Below are positions 14,601-28,500 of a stretch of DNA of 64,000 nucleotides, piece by piece (the stretch's first letter is position 1; every line of letters begins with the position of its first letter). A program made the translations under genes and the position numbers. This stretch comes from the human T2T-CHM13v2.0 reference genome, Homo sapiens, in assembly GCF_009914755.1 (NCBI RefSeq), contig NC_060940.1; one strand, given 5' to 3'. Below the pieces are notes generated by a model. The model was given only the letters and a program-made list of their open reading frames with translations. It did no database searches and had not been told where the DNA came from.

Positions 14601-15621
14601 ATTTAATCATTACAGTCGAGTCCATTTGGTGATTCCACCGGATTTCTTTTGATAATGATACCATTCAATTACATTTGATGATGATCCCATTCAATTTCAT
14701 TTGATGGTGATTCCATTAGAGTCCATTCGATGATTTCATTCGAGTCCCTTCATTGATTCCATCCGATTTCATTGGATGATGACTCCATTCGAGTCCATTC
14801 GATGATTCCACTCGATTCCATTAGATGATTCCATTGGAGTCCATTTGATTGTTCCATTCGATTCTATTCGATTCCTTTCGAAGATTATTCCATTTGAGTC
14901 CATTCGATGATGATTCCATTCCATTCCATTCGATGATTCCGTTTGATTCCATTCGATGATTCCCTTCGATTCCTTTCTTTGATGATTCCATTCCATTCCA
15001 TTCAATGATTCCATTCGAATCTATTCCATGATGATTCCTTTCGATTCCATTCGCTGATGTTTCCGTTCAATTCCATTCGATGATGATTCCATTCGATTCC
15101 ATTCATTGAGGATTCCATTTGATTCCATTCAATGATGATTCCATTCTATTCCATTCAATGATTGCATTCAATTCCATTCAATGATTATCCCCTTAGAGTA
15201 AACTCAACGATTCCATTCAATACCATTCGATGATGATTCCTTTTGAGTCCATTCAATGATTTCATTCAAGTCCATTTGATGATTCCTTTCAATTCCATTC
15301 TATGATGATTCCATTCGAGTCCATTCGATGATTCCATTCGATTGCATTCGATGATTCCATTATATTCCATTCAACGATGATTCCATTCGAGTCCATTCGA
15401 TGATTCCATTAGAGTACATTTAATGATTGTTTGTTTTCAATTCGAAGATGATTACATTGGATTCCATTCTATGATACCATTCGATTCCATTCAATGATGA
15501 TTCCACTCAAATCCATTGGATGATTCCATTCGTGTCCATTCGGTGATTTCATTAGATTCCATTCGAGGATGATTCCATTCGATTCCATTCGATGATTCCA
15601 TTCAATTCCATTCGATGATGA
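5641..15621 (+). repeat. ~9.96-kb composite higher-order unit, copy 1 (9,981 bp)
   Basis: ORF-track offsets 6693->16674 and 7191->17172 equal 9,981. Block order is identical in copies 2 and 3. Confidence 0.9.
8858..10688 (+). repeat. ~1.83-kb divergent HSat2 segment X, copy 1
   Basis: Unique k-mers CTATTTATGTATTATATTCG, CCGGTCGATGCC, TTATGGCTATCG and GATCACTACA occur only in the 9.96-kb units. Confidence 0.8.
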
Positions 15622-18600
15622 TTCCATTCCAGTCCATATGATCATTCCATTTGATTTCATTTGATGATGATTCCATTCGATTCCATTCGATGATTCCATT
15701 CTATTCCATTCGATGATGATTCCACTCGAGTCCATTCGATGATTCCATTCGAGTCCATTTAATGATTCCATTGGGTTCAATTCAATGATGATTACATTGG
15801 ATTCCGTTCTATGATTCCATTCAATTCCGTTCATTGACAATTTGATTCCATTCGATGATGATTCCATTTGAGTTCATTCGATGATTCTATTCGATTCTCT
15901 TCGATGGTGATTCAATTCTATTATATTGGATGATTCCATTCGATTCCATTTGATGTTGATTCAATTCGATTCTATTCGATGATGATTCCATTGGATTTCA
16001 CTTGATGATTCTATTCGATTCCATTCAATGATGATTCACTTCTCGTCCATTGGATGATTCCATTTCATTCCATTCGATGATGATTCCATTCGATTCCATT
16101 CGATGATTCCATTTGATTCCATGCGTCGGTGAGCAATTCGATTCAATTCCATGATGATTCTATTTGATTCAATTAGATGATGTTTCCATTCGAATCCATT
16201 CCATGATTATTCCATTGGAATCCATTCGGCGATGATTCCATATGAGTCAATTCAATGATGATTCCATATGGGTCCGTTCGATGATAATTCCATTTGATTT
16301 CATTCAATGCTTCTATTCTATTCCAGTCGATGATGATTCCGTTGGAGTCCATACGATGATTCCATTTGATTTCATTTGATGATGATTCCATTCGATGATG
16401 ATTACATTGGATTCCATTCTATGATTCCATTCAATTCCGTTCGTTGATGATTCGATTCCATTCAATGATGATTCCATTTGAGTTCATTCGATGATTCTAT
16501 TCGATTCCGTTCGATGGTGATTCAATTCTCCTATATTGGATGAATCCACTCGATTCCATTTGATGATTATTCCATTGGAGTCCACTTAGTGAATCCTTCA
16601 GATTCTACTCGAAGATGATTCCATTCAAGTCCATTCGATGATACCATTCAATTCCATTCGTTGATGCTTCCATTCAAGTGCATTCGATGATATCATTCGA
16701 TTCCATTTGATGATAATTCCATTTGATTCCATGCGATGATTCTATTCGATTCCATTCAATGATAATTCCATTCAGTTCAGTGATTCCTCTGGACTCCATT
16801 TGATGATGATTCCATTCAATGATTCCATTCGATTCTATTCGAAAATGATTCCATTTGAATCCATTTGATGATGATTCCATTAGATTCCATTTGATGATTC
16901 CATTCGATTCCATGTGACGATGATTCCATTCGATTCCGTGTGATGATTCCATTCTATTCTATTCGATGATGATTCCATTCGATTCCATTCGATGATGATT
17001 GGATTCGATTCCATTTGATGATTTCATTTGATTCCATTCGTTAATGATTTCGATCAATTCCATTCGATGATTCCATTCGATTCCATTCGATAATGATTAC
17101 ATCCGAGTCCATTCAGTGATTCCATTTGAGCCTGTTCGATAATTCCATTTGAGTCCAACCAATGATTCCATTCATTTCCATTCAATGATTCCATTCGAGT
17201 CCATTTGATCATTCCGGTAGGGTCCATTCGATGTTGATTCCATTGGAGTGCATTCGATGATTCCATTCGAGTCCATTTTAGGATTTGATTCGAGTCCTTT
17301 CGATGATTCCATTCGATTCCACTCGATGATGATTTCATTCGAGTCCATTCGACACTTCCAATCGATTCCATTTGATGTTTCCATTCGAGTCCAATTGATG
17401 ATTCCATTCAATTCCATTCGATGATGATTCCGTACGATTCCATTCTGTGATGATTCCATGTGATTGCATTCAATGATGATTCCTTTCGATTGCATTCGAT
17501 TATGATTCATTTCGTGTTCATTCTATGGTTCCACAGGTTTCCATTCGATGACGTTTCCGTTCGTGTCCATTCCATTATTCCATTCTATTTCATTTGATGA
17601 TGATTCCATTCGATTCCATTCATTGGTGATTCCACTCAATTCCATTCAATGATTCCATTCCATTTCTTTCAACAATGATTCCATTAGTTTCTATTCGATG
17701 ATCCACTTGATTCCATGTGGCGATGATTCCATTCGTGTCCATTCGATGATTCCATTTGATTCCATATGATGATGATTCCATTCGATTCCATACGATGATG
17801 ATTCCATTCGAGTCCATTCAATGGTGATTCCATTCAATTTCATTCGATGATTCCTTCCGATTCCATTCGATGATGATGGCATTCGATTCCTTTCAATCAT
17901 TCCCTTTGATTCCATTCAAAGGTGATTTCATTCAAGTCCATTCGATAATTGCATTCGATTCCATTCTATGATGATTCCATTCGAGTCCATTTGATGATTC
18001 CATTCAATTCAAGTCAATGATGATTCCATTCAATTCCACTCGATGATTCCATTGGATTCCATTCGATGATGATTCCATTCAAATCCATTCGATAATTCAA
18101 TTCAAGTCCATTCGATGATGATTCCAATCGAATCCATTCAAAGATTCCATTCAATTCCATTCGATGATGATTCCCTTAGATTCCATTCGATGATTCCACT
18201 TGATTCCATTTACGATGATTCCATTCGATTCCATGTGATGATTCCATTCAATTCTATTCAATGATGTTTCCATTTGATTCCATTGGACCATGATTGCCTT
18301 TGATTCCATTCAATGATTCCATTCGGTTCCATTTGATGATGATTCCGTTCGATTCCATTTCATTATTCCATTTGATTCCATTGGATGAGTCCATTCGATT
18401 ACATTCGATGATTATTCCATTCGAGTGCATTAGATGATTGCATTCGAGTCCATTCGATGATTCCATTCGATTCCATTCGATGTTGATTCTGTTCAAATCC
18501 ATTCGATGATTCCACTCGATTCCATTCGATGACTCCATTTGATCCCATTCGATGATTTCCTGTGATTCCCTTTGATGATCATTCTATTTGATTCAATTCG

Positions 18601-21600
18601 GTGATTTCATTTCATTCCATTCAGTGATGTTTCCATTCGACTGTATTCCATGATGATTCCATTCGACTCCATTCGATTATGATTTCATTCAATTCCATTC
18701 AATAATGATTCCCTTCGAGTCCATTCGATGATTCCATTCGATTCCATTCAACGATGATTTGATTCGTTTCCATTCGATGATTCCATTTGATTCCACTTGA
18801 TGATGATTCCATTCGAGTCTATTTATGTATTATATTCGTGTCCACTTCATGATTCCATTCAATTCCATTTAATGTTGATTCCATTTGATTCCATTTGATG
18901 ATTCAGTTCGATTCCTTGCAATGATTCCCTACGATTCCTTTCTATGATGATTCCATTCGATTCCATTCATTGATGATTTCATTCGACTCCATTCGATGAT
19001 GATTCCTTTCGATTCCATTTGACGATGTTTCCATTCGAGTCCATTCGATGATGATTCTATTCAATTCTGTTCTATTATGATTCCATTCGATTTCATTCAA
19101 TGCTTCTATTTGATTCCATTCGATGATGATTCCATCTCTTTCCCTTCGATGATTCCATTTGATTCCATTCAGTGATGATTCCATTTGATTCCCTCTGATG
19201 ATGATTTCACTTGATTCCTTTCAATGATGATTCAATTCAAGTCCATTCGATGATTCCATTGGAGTCCAAACGATCATTCCGTTCGATTCCATTCAATGGT
19301 GATTCCATTCATGTCCATTCGATGAATCCATTCAATTCCATTCGATGATGACTCCATTCGAGTACATTCGATGATTCCATTTGATTCCATTGGAAGATGA
19401 TTCCATTCAATTCCATTGGAAGATGATTACATTCAATTCCATTCGATGATGATTCCGTATGAATCCATTCTCTGATTATTCCATTCGATTCCATTCATTG
19501 ACGATTCCATTCAATTCCATTCAATGATGATTCTCTTCTATTCCATTCGATGATTCCGGTCGATGCCATTCGATGATGATTCCATTAGATTCCATTCGAT
19601 TGTTGCATTCGATTCCCTTCGATGATGATTCCTTTGAATTCCATTCGATTATCATTCCGTATGAATCCATTTGATGATTATTCCATTGGATTCCTTTCGA
19701 TGATGATTCCATTCGATTCCATTTGATGATGTTTCTCTTGTATTCCATTGGATAATTCCTTTCAGTTCCCTTCGATGATTATTCTTTCGAGTCAATTCGA
19801 TGATTCTATTCCATTCCCTTCGATGATGATTCCATTTCACTCCATTTGATGATTCCATTCGACTCAATTTGGTGATGATTCAATTCGATGACATTCGATG
19901 ACTCCATTCAATTTCGTTTGATGATGATTACATTCGAGTCCATTTGATGATTGTATTCCTTTCCTTTTGATGATTATTCCATTCGTGTCTATTCAAAGGT
20001 TCCATTCTATTCCATTCAATGATGATTGCATTTGATTCCATTCAATGATTATGGCTATCGATTCCACTCGTTGATTCCATTTGATTCCGTTCGATGATTA
20101 TTCCGTTAGATTCCATTAGAAGATTCCATTCGATTTTATTCAATGATTCCAATGGATTCCATTCAATGATGATTCCATTCGACTCCATTCAGTGATTCCA
20201 TTCGAGTCCATTTGATGATTCCATTCTTTTCCATTTGATGATGATTCCATTAGGGTCCATTCAATGATTCCATTCGAGTCCATTCGTTAATGCCTTTCGA
20301 GTCCTTTTGATCACTACATTCGAGTCCATTCAATGATTCTATTCGATTCCATTCCATGATGATTCCATTCGAGTTCATTCGATGATTGCATTCGAGTCCA
20401 TTTGATGATTCCATATGATTCCCTTCGACAATGATTCCATTCGTGTCCATTTGATGATTCCATTCATTTCCTATCGATGAAGATTCCATTCAAGTGTATT
20501 CGATGATTCCATTCAAATCCATTCGATGATGATTCCATTCCAGTCCATTCGATCATTCCACTTGATTCCATTTGATGACTATTCCATTCAAATCCATTTG
20601 ATGACTCCATTCGATTCCATTCGATGTTACCATTCGAGTATATACGATGATTCCACTCGATTCCATTTGATGATTATTCCATTGGAGTCCACTTAGTGAA
20701 TCCTTTAGATTCTACTCGAAGATGATTCCATTCGAGTCCATTCGATGATACCATTCAATTCCATTCGTTGATGCTTCCATTCAAGTGCATTCGATGATAT
20801 CATTCGATTCCATTTGATGATAATTCCATTTGATTCCATGCGATGATTCTATTCGATTCCATTCAATGATAATTCCATTCAATTCAGTGATTCCTCTGGA
20901 CTCCATTTGATGATGATTCCATTCAATGATTCCATTCAATTCTATTCGAAAATGATTCCATTTGAATCCATTTGATGATGATTCCATTGGATTCCATTTG
21001 ATGATTCCATTCGATTCCATTCGATGATGATTCCATTCGATTCCTTTTGATGATTCCATTCTATTGTATTCGATGATGATTCCATTCGATTCCATTCGAT
21101 GATGATTGGATTCGATTCCATTTGATGATTTCATTTGATTCCATTCGATAATGATTTCGATCAATTCCATTCGATGATTCCATTCGATTCCATTCGATAA
21201 TGATTACATCCGAGTCCATTCGATGATTCCATTTGAGCCCGTTCGATAATTCCATTTGAGTCCAATCAATGATTCCATTCATTTCCATTCAATGATTCCA
21301 TTCGAGTCCATTTGATCATTCCGGTAGGGTCCGTTCGATGTTGATTCCATTGGAGTGCATTCGATGATTCCATTCGAGTCCATTTTAGGATTTGATTCGA
21401 GTCCTTTCGATGATTCCATTCGATTCCACTCGATGATTTCATTCGAGTCCATTCGACACTTCCAATCGATTCCATTTGATGTTTCCATTCGATTCCAATT
21501 GATGATTCCATTCAATTCCATTCGATGATGATTCCGTACGATTCCATTCTGTGATGATTCCATGTGATTGCATTCAATGATGATTCCTTTCGATTGCATT

Positions 21601-24600
21601 CGATTATGATTCATTTCGTGTTCATTCTATGGTTCCACAGGTTTCCATTCGATGATGTTTCCATTCGTGTCCATTCCATTATTCCATTCTATTCCATTTG
21701 AAGATGATTCCATTCGATTCCATTCATTGGTGATTCCACTCAATTCCATTCAATGATTCCATTCCATTTCTTTCAACAATGATTCCATTAGTTTCTATTC
21801 GATGATCCACTTGATTCCATTTGACGATGATTCCATTCGTGTCCATTCGATGATTCCATTTGATTCCATATGATGATGATTCCATTCGATTCCATACGAT
21901 GATGATTCCATTCGAGTCCATTCAATGGTGATTCCATTCAATTCCATTCGATGATTCCTTTCGATTCCATTCAATGATGATGGCATTCGATTCCTTTCGA
22001 TCATTCCCTTTGATTCCATTCAAAGGTGATTTCATTCAAGTCCATTCGATAATTGCATTCGATTCCATTCTATGATGATTCCATTCGAGTCCATTTGATG
22101 ATTCCATTCAATTCAAGTCAATGATGATTCCGTTCGATTCCACTCGATGATTCCATTGGATTCCATTCGATGATGATTCCATTCAAATCCATTCGATAAT
22201 TCAATTCAAGTCCATTCGATGATGATTCCAATCGAATCCATTCAAAGATTCCACTCAATTCCATTCGATGATGATTCCCTTAGATTCCATTCGATGATTC
22301 CACTTGATTCCATTTACGATGATTCCATTCGATTCCATGTGATGATTCCATTCAATTCTATTCAATGATGTTTCCACTTGATTCCATTCGAACATGATTG
22401 CCTTTGATTCCATTCAATGATTCCATACGGTTCCATTTGATGATGATTCCATTCGAGTGCATTAGATGATTCCATTCGAGTCCATTCGATGTTGATTCTG
22501 TTCAAATCCATTCGATGATTCCACTCGATTCCATTCGATGACTCCATTTGATCCCATTCGATGATTTCCTTTGATTCCCTTTGATGATCATTCCATTTGA
22601 TTCAATTCGGTGATTTCATTTGATTCCATTCAGTGATGTTTCCATTCAACTCCTTTCGATGATGATTCCATTCGACTCCATTCGATTATGATTTCATTCA
22701 ATTCCATTCGATAATGATTCCCTTCAAGTCCATTCGATGATTCCATTCGATTCCATTCAACGATGATTTGATTCGTGTCCATTCGATGATTCCATTTGAT
22801 TCCATTTGATGATGATTCCATTCGAGTCCCTTTGATGATTCCATTCAATTCCATTCTCCGATGATTTCTTTTGAGCCCATTCAATGCTTCCACTCGATTC
22901 CATATGATGATGACTCCATTTGATGAAATTCCATGATGATTCCATTCGCTTGCATTCGATGATGATTCCACTTGAGTCCGTTAGAAGATTCTATTCAATT
23001 ACATTCCATGACGATTCTGTTCGAGTCCATTTGATGATTCCATTAGACTCCATTCGACGATGATTCCATTCGATGTTATTCGATGATGATTCCATTCAAC
23101 TCCATTCGATGTTTCCATTCGAGTTCATTCTATTATTCCATTAGATTCCATTCGATGATGATTCCATTCGATTCCATTTGATGATTGCGTTCTATTTCAT
23201 TTGATGATGATTCCATTCAAGTCCATTCGATGATTCCATTCGAGTCCATTTAATGAATCCATTGGTTTCAATTCCATGATGATTACATTGGATTCCATTC
23301 GTTGATGATTTCATTCGATTCCATTCAATGATGATTCCATTCAATTCCATTCAATGATTCCATTCAATTCCATACGATGATGATTCCATTTGATTTGATT
23401 CGACAGTGAGCCATTCGATTCAATTCCATGATGATTCTATTTGATTCAATTGGTTGACATTTCCATTCGATTCCATTCGATGATGATTCCATTTGATTCC
23501 ATTCAAAGATGATTCCATTCTAGCCCATTCAATCATTCCATTCGATTCTATTCAATGATGATTCCATTCATGTCGATTTGGTGATTCCATTTGACTTCAT
23601 TTGATGATGATTCCTTTCAAGTTCATTAGATGATTCCATTCGATTCCATTTGATGATGATCCCATTCGAGTCCATTCAGTGATTCCACTCGTTTCCATTC
23701 CATGATGATTCCATTCCATTCCATTCAATGATTCCATTCGATTCCGTTTGATGATGATTTCATTCGAGTCCATTTGATGATTCCATTTGATTCCATTCGA
23801 TGATGATTACATTCGAGTCCATACGATGATTCCACTCAATTCCATATGATGATGATTCCATTCGATTCCATTCGATGATTCCATTCTATTCTATTCAATG
23901 GTGATTCCATTCGAGTACATTAGATGATTCCATTCGATTCCATTCAATGATGATTCTATTTGTGTGCCTTAGATGGTTCCACATGATTCCATTTCATGAT
24001 GATACTATTTGAGCCCATCCAATGATTCCCTTCGATTCCATTCGATGAGGATTCCATTCGATTCAATTCATTGGTGATTCTATTCAATTCAATTCTTTGA
24101 TTCCATTCCATTCCATTCGACAATGATTCCATTCGATTTCTTTCGATGATTCCACTCGATTCCACTTGACATTGATTCCATTCGATTCCATTCAATGATT
24201 CCGTTTGATTCCAGTGGATGATGATTGCCATCGATTCCATTCGATCACTCCATTCTATTCCATTTGATGATGATTACATTCGATTCCATTTGATGATTCC
24301 ATCTGATTCTATTCGAGGATTCCATTTGATTCCATTCGATGATGATTCCATTCGAGTGCATTCGATGATTTCATTCGAGTACATCCAATGATTCCATTCG
24401 AGTCCATTTGATGATTCCATTTGATTCCATTTGATTATGATTCTACTAGAGTCCATTCAATGACTCCATTCGAATCCATTCTACAATTCCATTCGAGGCC
24501 ATTCGATGATTCCATTTCATGATTCCATTCGAGTCCATTTAATCATTACAGTCGAGTCCATTTGGTGATTCCACCGGATTTCTTTTGATAATGATACCAT

Positions 24601-25557
24601 TCAATTACATTTGATGATGATCCCATTCAATTTCATTTGATGGTGATTCCATTAGAGTCCATTCGATGATTTCATTCGAGTCCCTTCATTGATTCCATCC
24701 GATTTCATTGGATGATGACTCCATTCGAGTCCATTCGATGATTCCACTCGATTCCATTAGATGATTCCATTGGAGTCCATTTGATTGTTCCATTCGATTC
24801 CATTCGATTCCTTTCGAAGATTATTCCATTTGAGTCCATTCGATGATGATTCCATTCCATTCCATTCGATGATTCCGTTTGATTCCATTCGATGATTCCC
24901 TTCGATTCCTTTCTTTGATGATTCCATTCCATTCCATTCAATGATTCCATTCGAATCTATTCCATGATGATTCCTTTCGATTCCATTCGCTGATGTTTCC
25001 GTTCAATTCCATTCGATGATGATTCCATTCGATTCCATTCATTGAGGATTCCATTTGATTCCATTCAATGATGATTCCATTCTATTCCATTCAATGATTG
25101 CATTCAATTCCATTCAATGATTATCCCCTTAGAGTAAACTCAACGATTCCATTCAATACCATTCGATGATGATTCCTTTTGAGTCCATTCAATGATTTCA
25201 TTCAAGTCCATTTGATGATTCCTTTCAATTCCATTCTATGATGATTCCATTCGAGTCCATTCGATGATTCCATTCGATTGCATTCGATGATTCCATTATA
25301 TTCCATTCAACGATGATTCCATTCGAGTCCATTCGATGATTCCATTAGAGTACATTTAATGATTGTTTGTTTTCAATTCGAAGATGATTACATTGGATTC
25401 CATTCTATGATACCATTCGATTCCATTCAATGATGATTCCACTCAAATCCATTGGATGATTCCATTCGTGTCCATTCGGTGATTTCATTAGATTCCATTC
25501 GAGGATGATTCCATTCGATTCCATTCGATGATTCCATTCAATTCCATTCGATGATGA
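15622..25557 (+). repeat. ~9.96-kb composite higher-order unit, copy 2 (9,936 bp)
   Basis: Offset 16674->26610 equals 9,936. Two 23-bp monomer deletions (~18810, ~22490) explain the shorter length. Confidence 0.9.
18816..20646 (+). repeat. ~1.83-kb divergent HSat2 segment X, copy 2
   Basis: Same unique k-mers. ORFs 18942/19309/19521/20250 are offset 9,958 from copy 1. Confidence 0.8.
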
Positions 25558-28500
25558 TTCCATTCCAGTCCATATGATCATTCCATTTGATTTCATTTGA
25601 TGATGATTCCATTCGATTCCATTCGATGATTCCATTCTATTCCATTCGATGATGATTCCACTCGAGTCCATTCGATGATTCCATTCGAGTCCATTTAATG
25701 ATTCCATTGGGTTCAATTCAATGATGATTACATTGGATTCCGTTCTATGATTCCATTCAATTCCGTTCATTGACAATTTGATTCCATTCGATGATGATTC
25801 CATTTGAGTTCATTCGATGATTCTATTCGATTCTCTTCGATGGTGATTCAATTCTATTATATTGGATGATTCCATTCGATTCCATTTGATGTTGATTCAA
25901 TTCGATTCTATTCGATGATGATTCCATTGGATTTCACTTGATGATTCTATTCGATTCCATTCAATGATGATTCACTTCTCGTCCATTGGATGATTCCATT
26001 TCATTCCATTCGATGATGATTCCATTCGATTCCATTCGATGATTCCATTTGATTCCATGCGTCAGTGAGCAATTGGATTCAATTCCATGATGATTCTATT
26101 TGATTCAATTAGATGATGTTTCCATTCGAATCCATTCCATGATTATTCCATTGGAATCCATTCGGCGATGATTCCATATGAGTCAATTCAATGATGATTC
26201 CATATGGGTCCGTTCGATGATAATTCCATTTGATTTCATTCGGTGCTTCTATTCAATTCCAGTCGATGATGATTCCGTTGGAGTCCATACGATGATTCCA
26301 TTTGATTTCATTTGATGATGATTCCATTCGATGATGATTACATTGGATTCCATTCTATGATTCCATTCAATTCCATTCGTTGATGATTCGATTCCATTCA
26401 ATGATGATTCCATTTGAGTTCATTCGATGATTCTATTCGATTCCGTTCGATGGTGATTCAATTCTCTTATATTGGATGAATCCACTCGATTCCATTTGAT
26501 GATTATTCCATTGGAGTCCACTTAGTGAATCCTTCAGATTCTACTCGAAGATGATTCCATTCAAGTCCATTCGATGATACCATTCAATTCCATTCGTTGA
26601 TGCTTCCATTCAAGTGCATTCGATGATATCATTCGATTCCATTTGATGATAATTCCATTTGATTCCATGCGATGATTCTATTCGATTCCATTCAATGATA
26701 ATTCCATTCAGTTCAGTGATTCCTCTGGACTCCATTTGATGATGATTCCATTCAATGATTCCATTCGATTCTATTCGAAAATGATTCCATTTGAATCCAT
26801 TTGATGATGATTCCATTAGATTCCATTTGATGATTCCATTCGATTCCATGCGACGATGATTCCATTCGATTCCGTGTGATGATTCCATTCTATTCTATTC
26901 GATGATAATTCCATTCGATTCCATTCGATGATGATTGGATTCGATTCCATTTGATGATTTCATTTGATTCCATTCGTTAATGATTTCGATCAATTCCATT
27001 CGATGATTCCATTCGATTCCATTCGATAATGATTACATCCGTGTCCATTCAGTGATTCCATTTGAGCCTGTTCGATAATTCCATTTGAGTCCAACCAATG
27101 ATTCCATTCATTTCCATTCAATGATTCCATTCGAGTCCATTTGATCATTCCGGTAGGGTCCATTCGATGTTGATTCCATTGGAGTGCATTCGATGATTCC
27201 ATTCGAGTCCATTTTATGATTTGATTCGAGTCCTTTCGATGATTCCATTCGATTCCACTCGATGATGATTTCATTCGAGTCCATTCGACACTTCCAATCG
27301 ATTCCATTTGATGTTTCCATTCGAGTCCAATTGATGATTCCATTCAATTCCATTCGATGATGATTCCGTACGATTCCATTCTGTGATGATTCCATGTGAT
27401 TGCATTCAATGATGATTCCTTTCCATTGCATTCGATTATGATTCATTTCGTGTTCATTCTATGGTTCCACAGGTTTCCATTCGATGACGTTTCCGTTCGT
27501 GTCCATTCCATTATTCCATTCTATTTCATTTGATGATGATTCCATTCGATTCCATTCATTGGTGATTCCACTCAATTCCATTCAATGATTCCATTCCATT
27601 TCTTTCAACAATGATTCCATTAGTTTCTATTCGATGATCCACTTGATTCCATTTGGCGATGATTCCATTCGTGTCCATTCGATGATTCCATTTGATTCCA
27701 TATGATGATGATTCCATTCGATTCCATACGATGATGATTCCATTCGAGTCCATTCAATGGTGATTCCATTCAATTCCATTCGATGATTCCTTCCGATTCC
27801 ATTCGATGATGATGGCATTCGATTCCTTTCAGTCATTCCCTTTGATTCCATTCAAAGGTGATTTCATTCAAGTCCATTCGATAATTGCATTCGATTCCAT
27901 TCTATGATGATTCCATTCGAGTCCATTTGATGATTCCATTCAATTCAAGTCAATGATGATTCCATTCAATTCCACTCGATGATTCCATTGGATTCCATTC
28001 GATGATGATTCCATTCAAATCCATTCGATAATTCAATTCAAGTCCATTCGATGATGATTCCAATCGAATCCATTCAAAGATTCCATTCAATTCCATTCGA
28101 TGATGATTCCCTTAGATTCCATTCAATGATTCCACTTGATTCCATTTACGATGATTCCATTCTATTCCATGTGATGATTCCATTCAATTCTATTCAATGA
28201 TGTTTCCATTTGATTCCATTGGACCATGATTGCCTTTGATTCCATTCAATGATTCCATTCGGTTCCATTTGATGATGATTCCGTTCGATTCCATTTCATT
28301 ATTCCATTTGATTCCATTGGATGAGTCCATTCGATTACATTCGATGATTATTCCATTCGAGTGCATTAGATGATTGCATTCGAGTCCATTCGATGATTCC
28401 ATTCGATTCCATTCGATGTTGATTCTGTTCAAATCCATTCGATGATTCCACTCGATTCCATTCGATGACTCCATTTGATCCCATTCGATGATTTCCTGTG

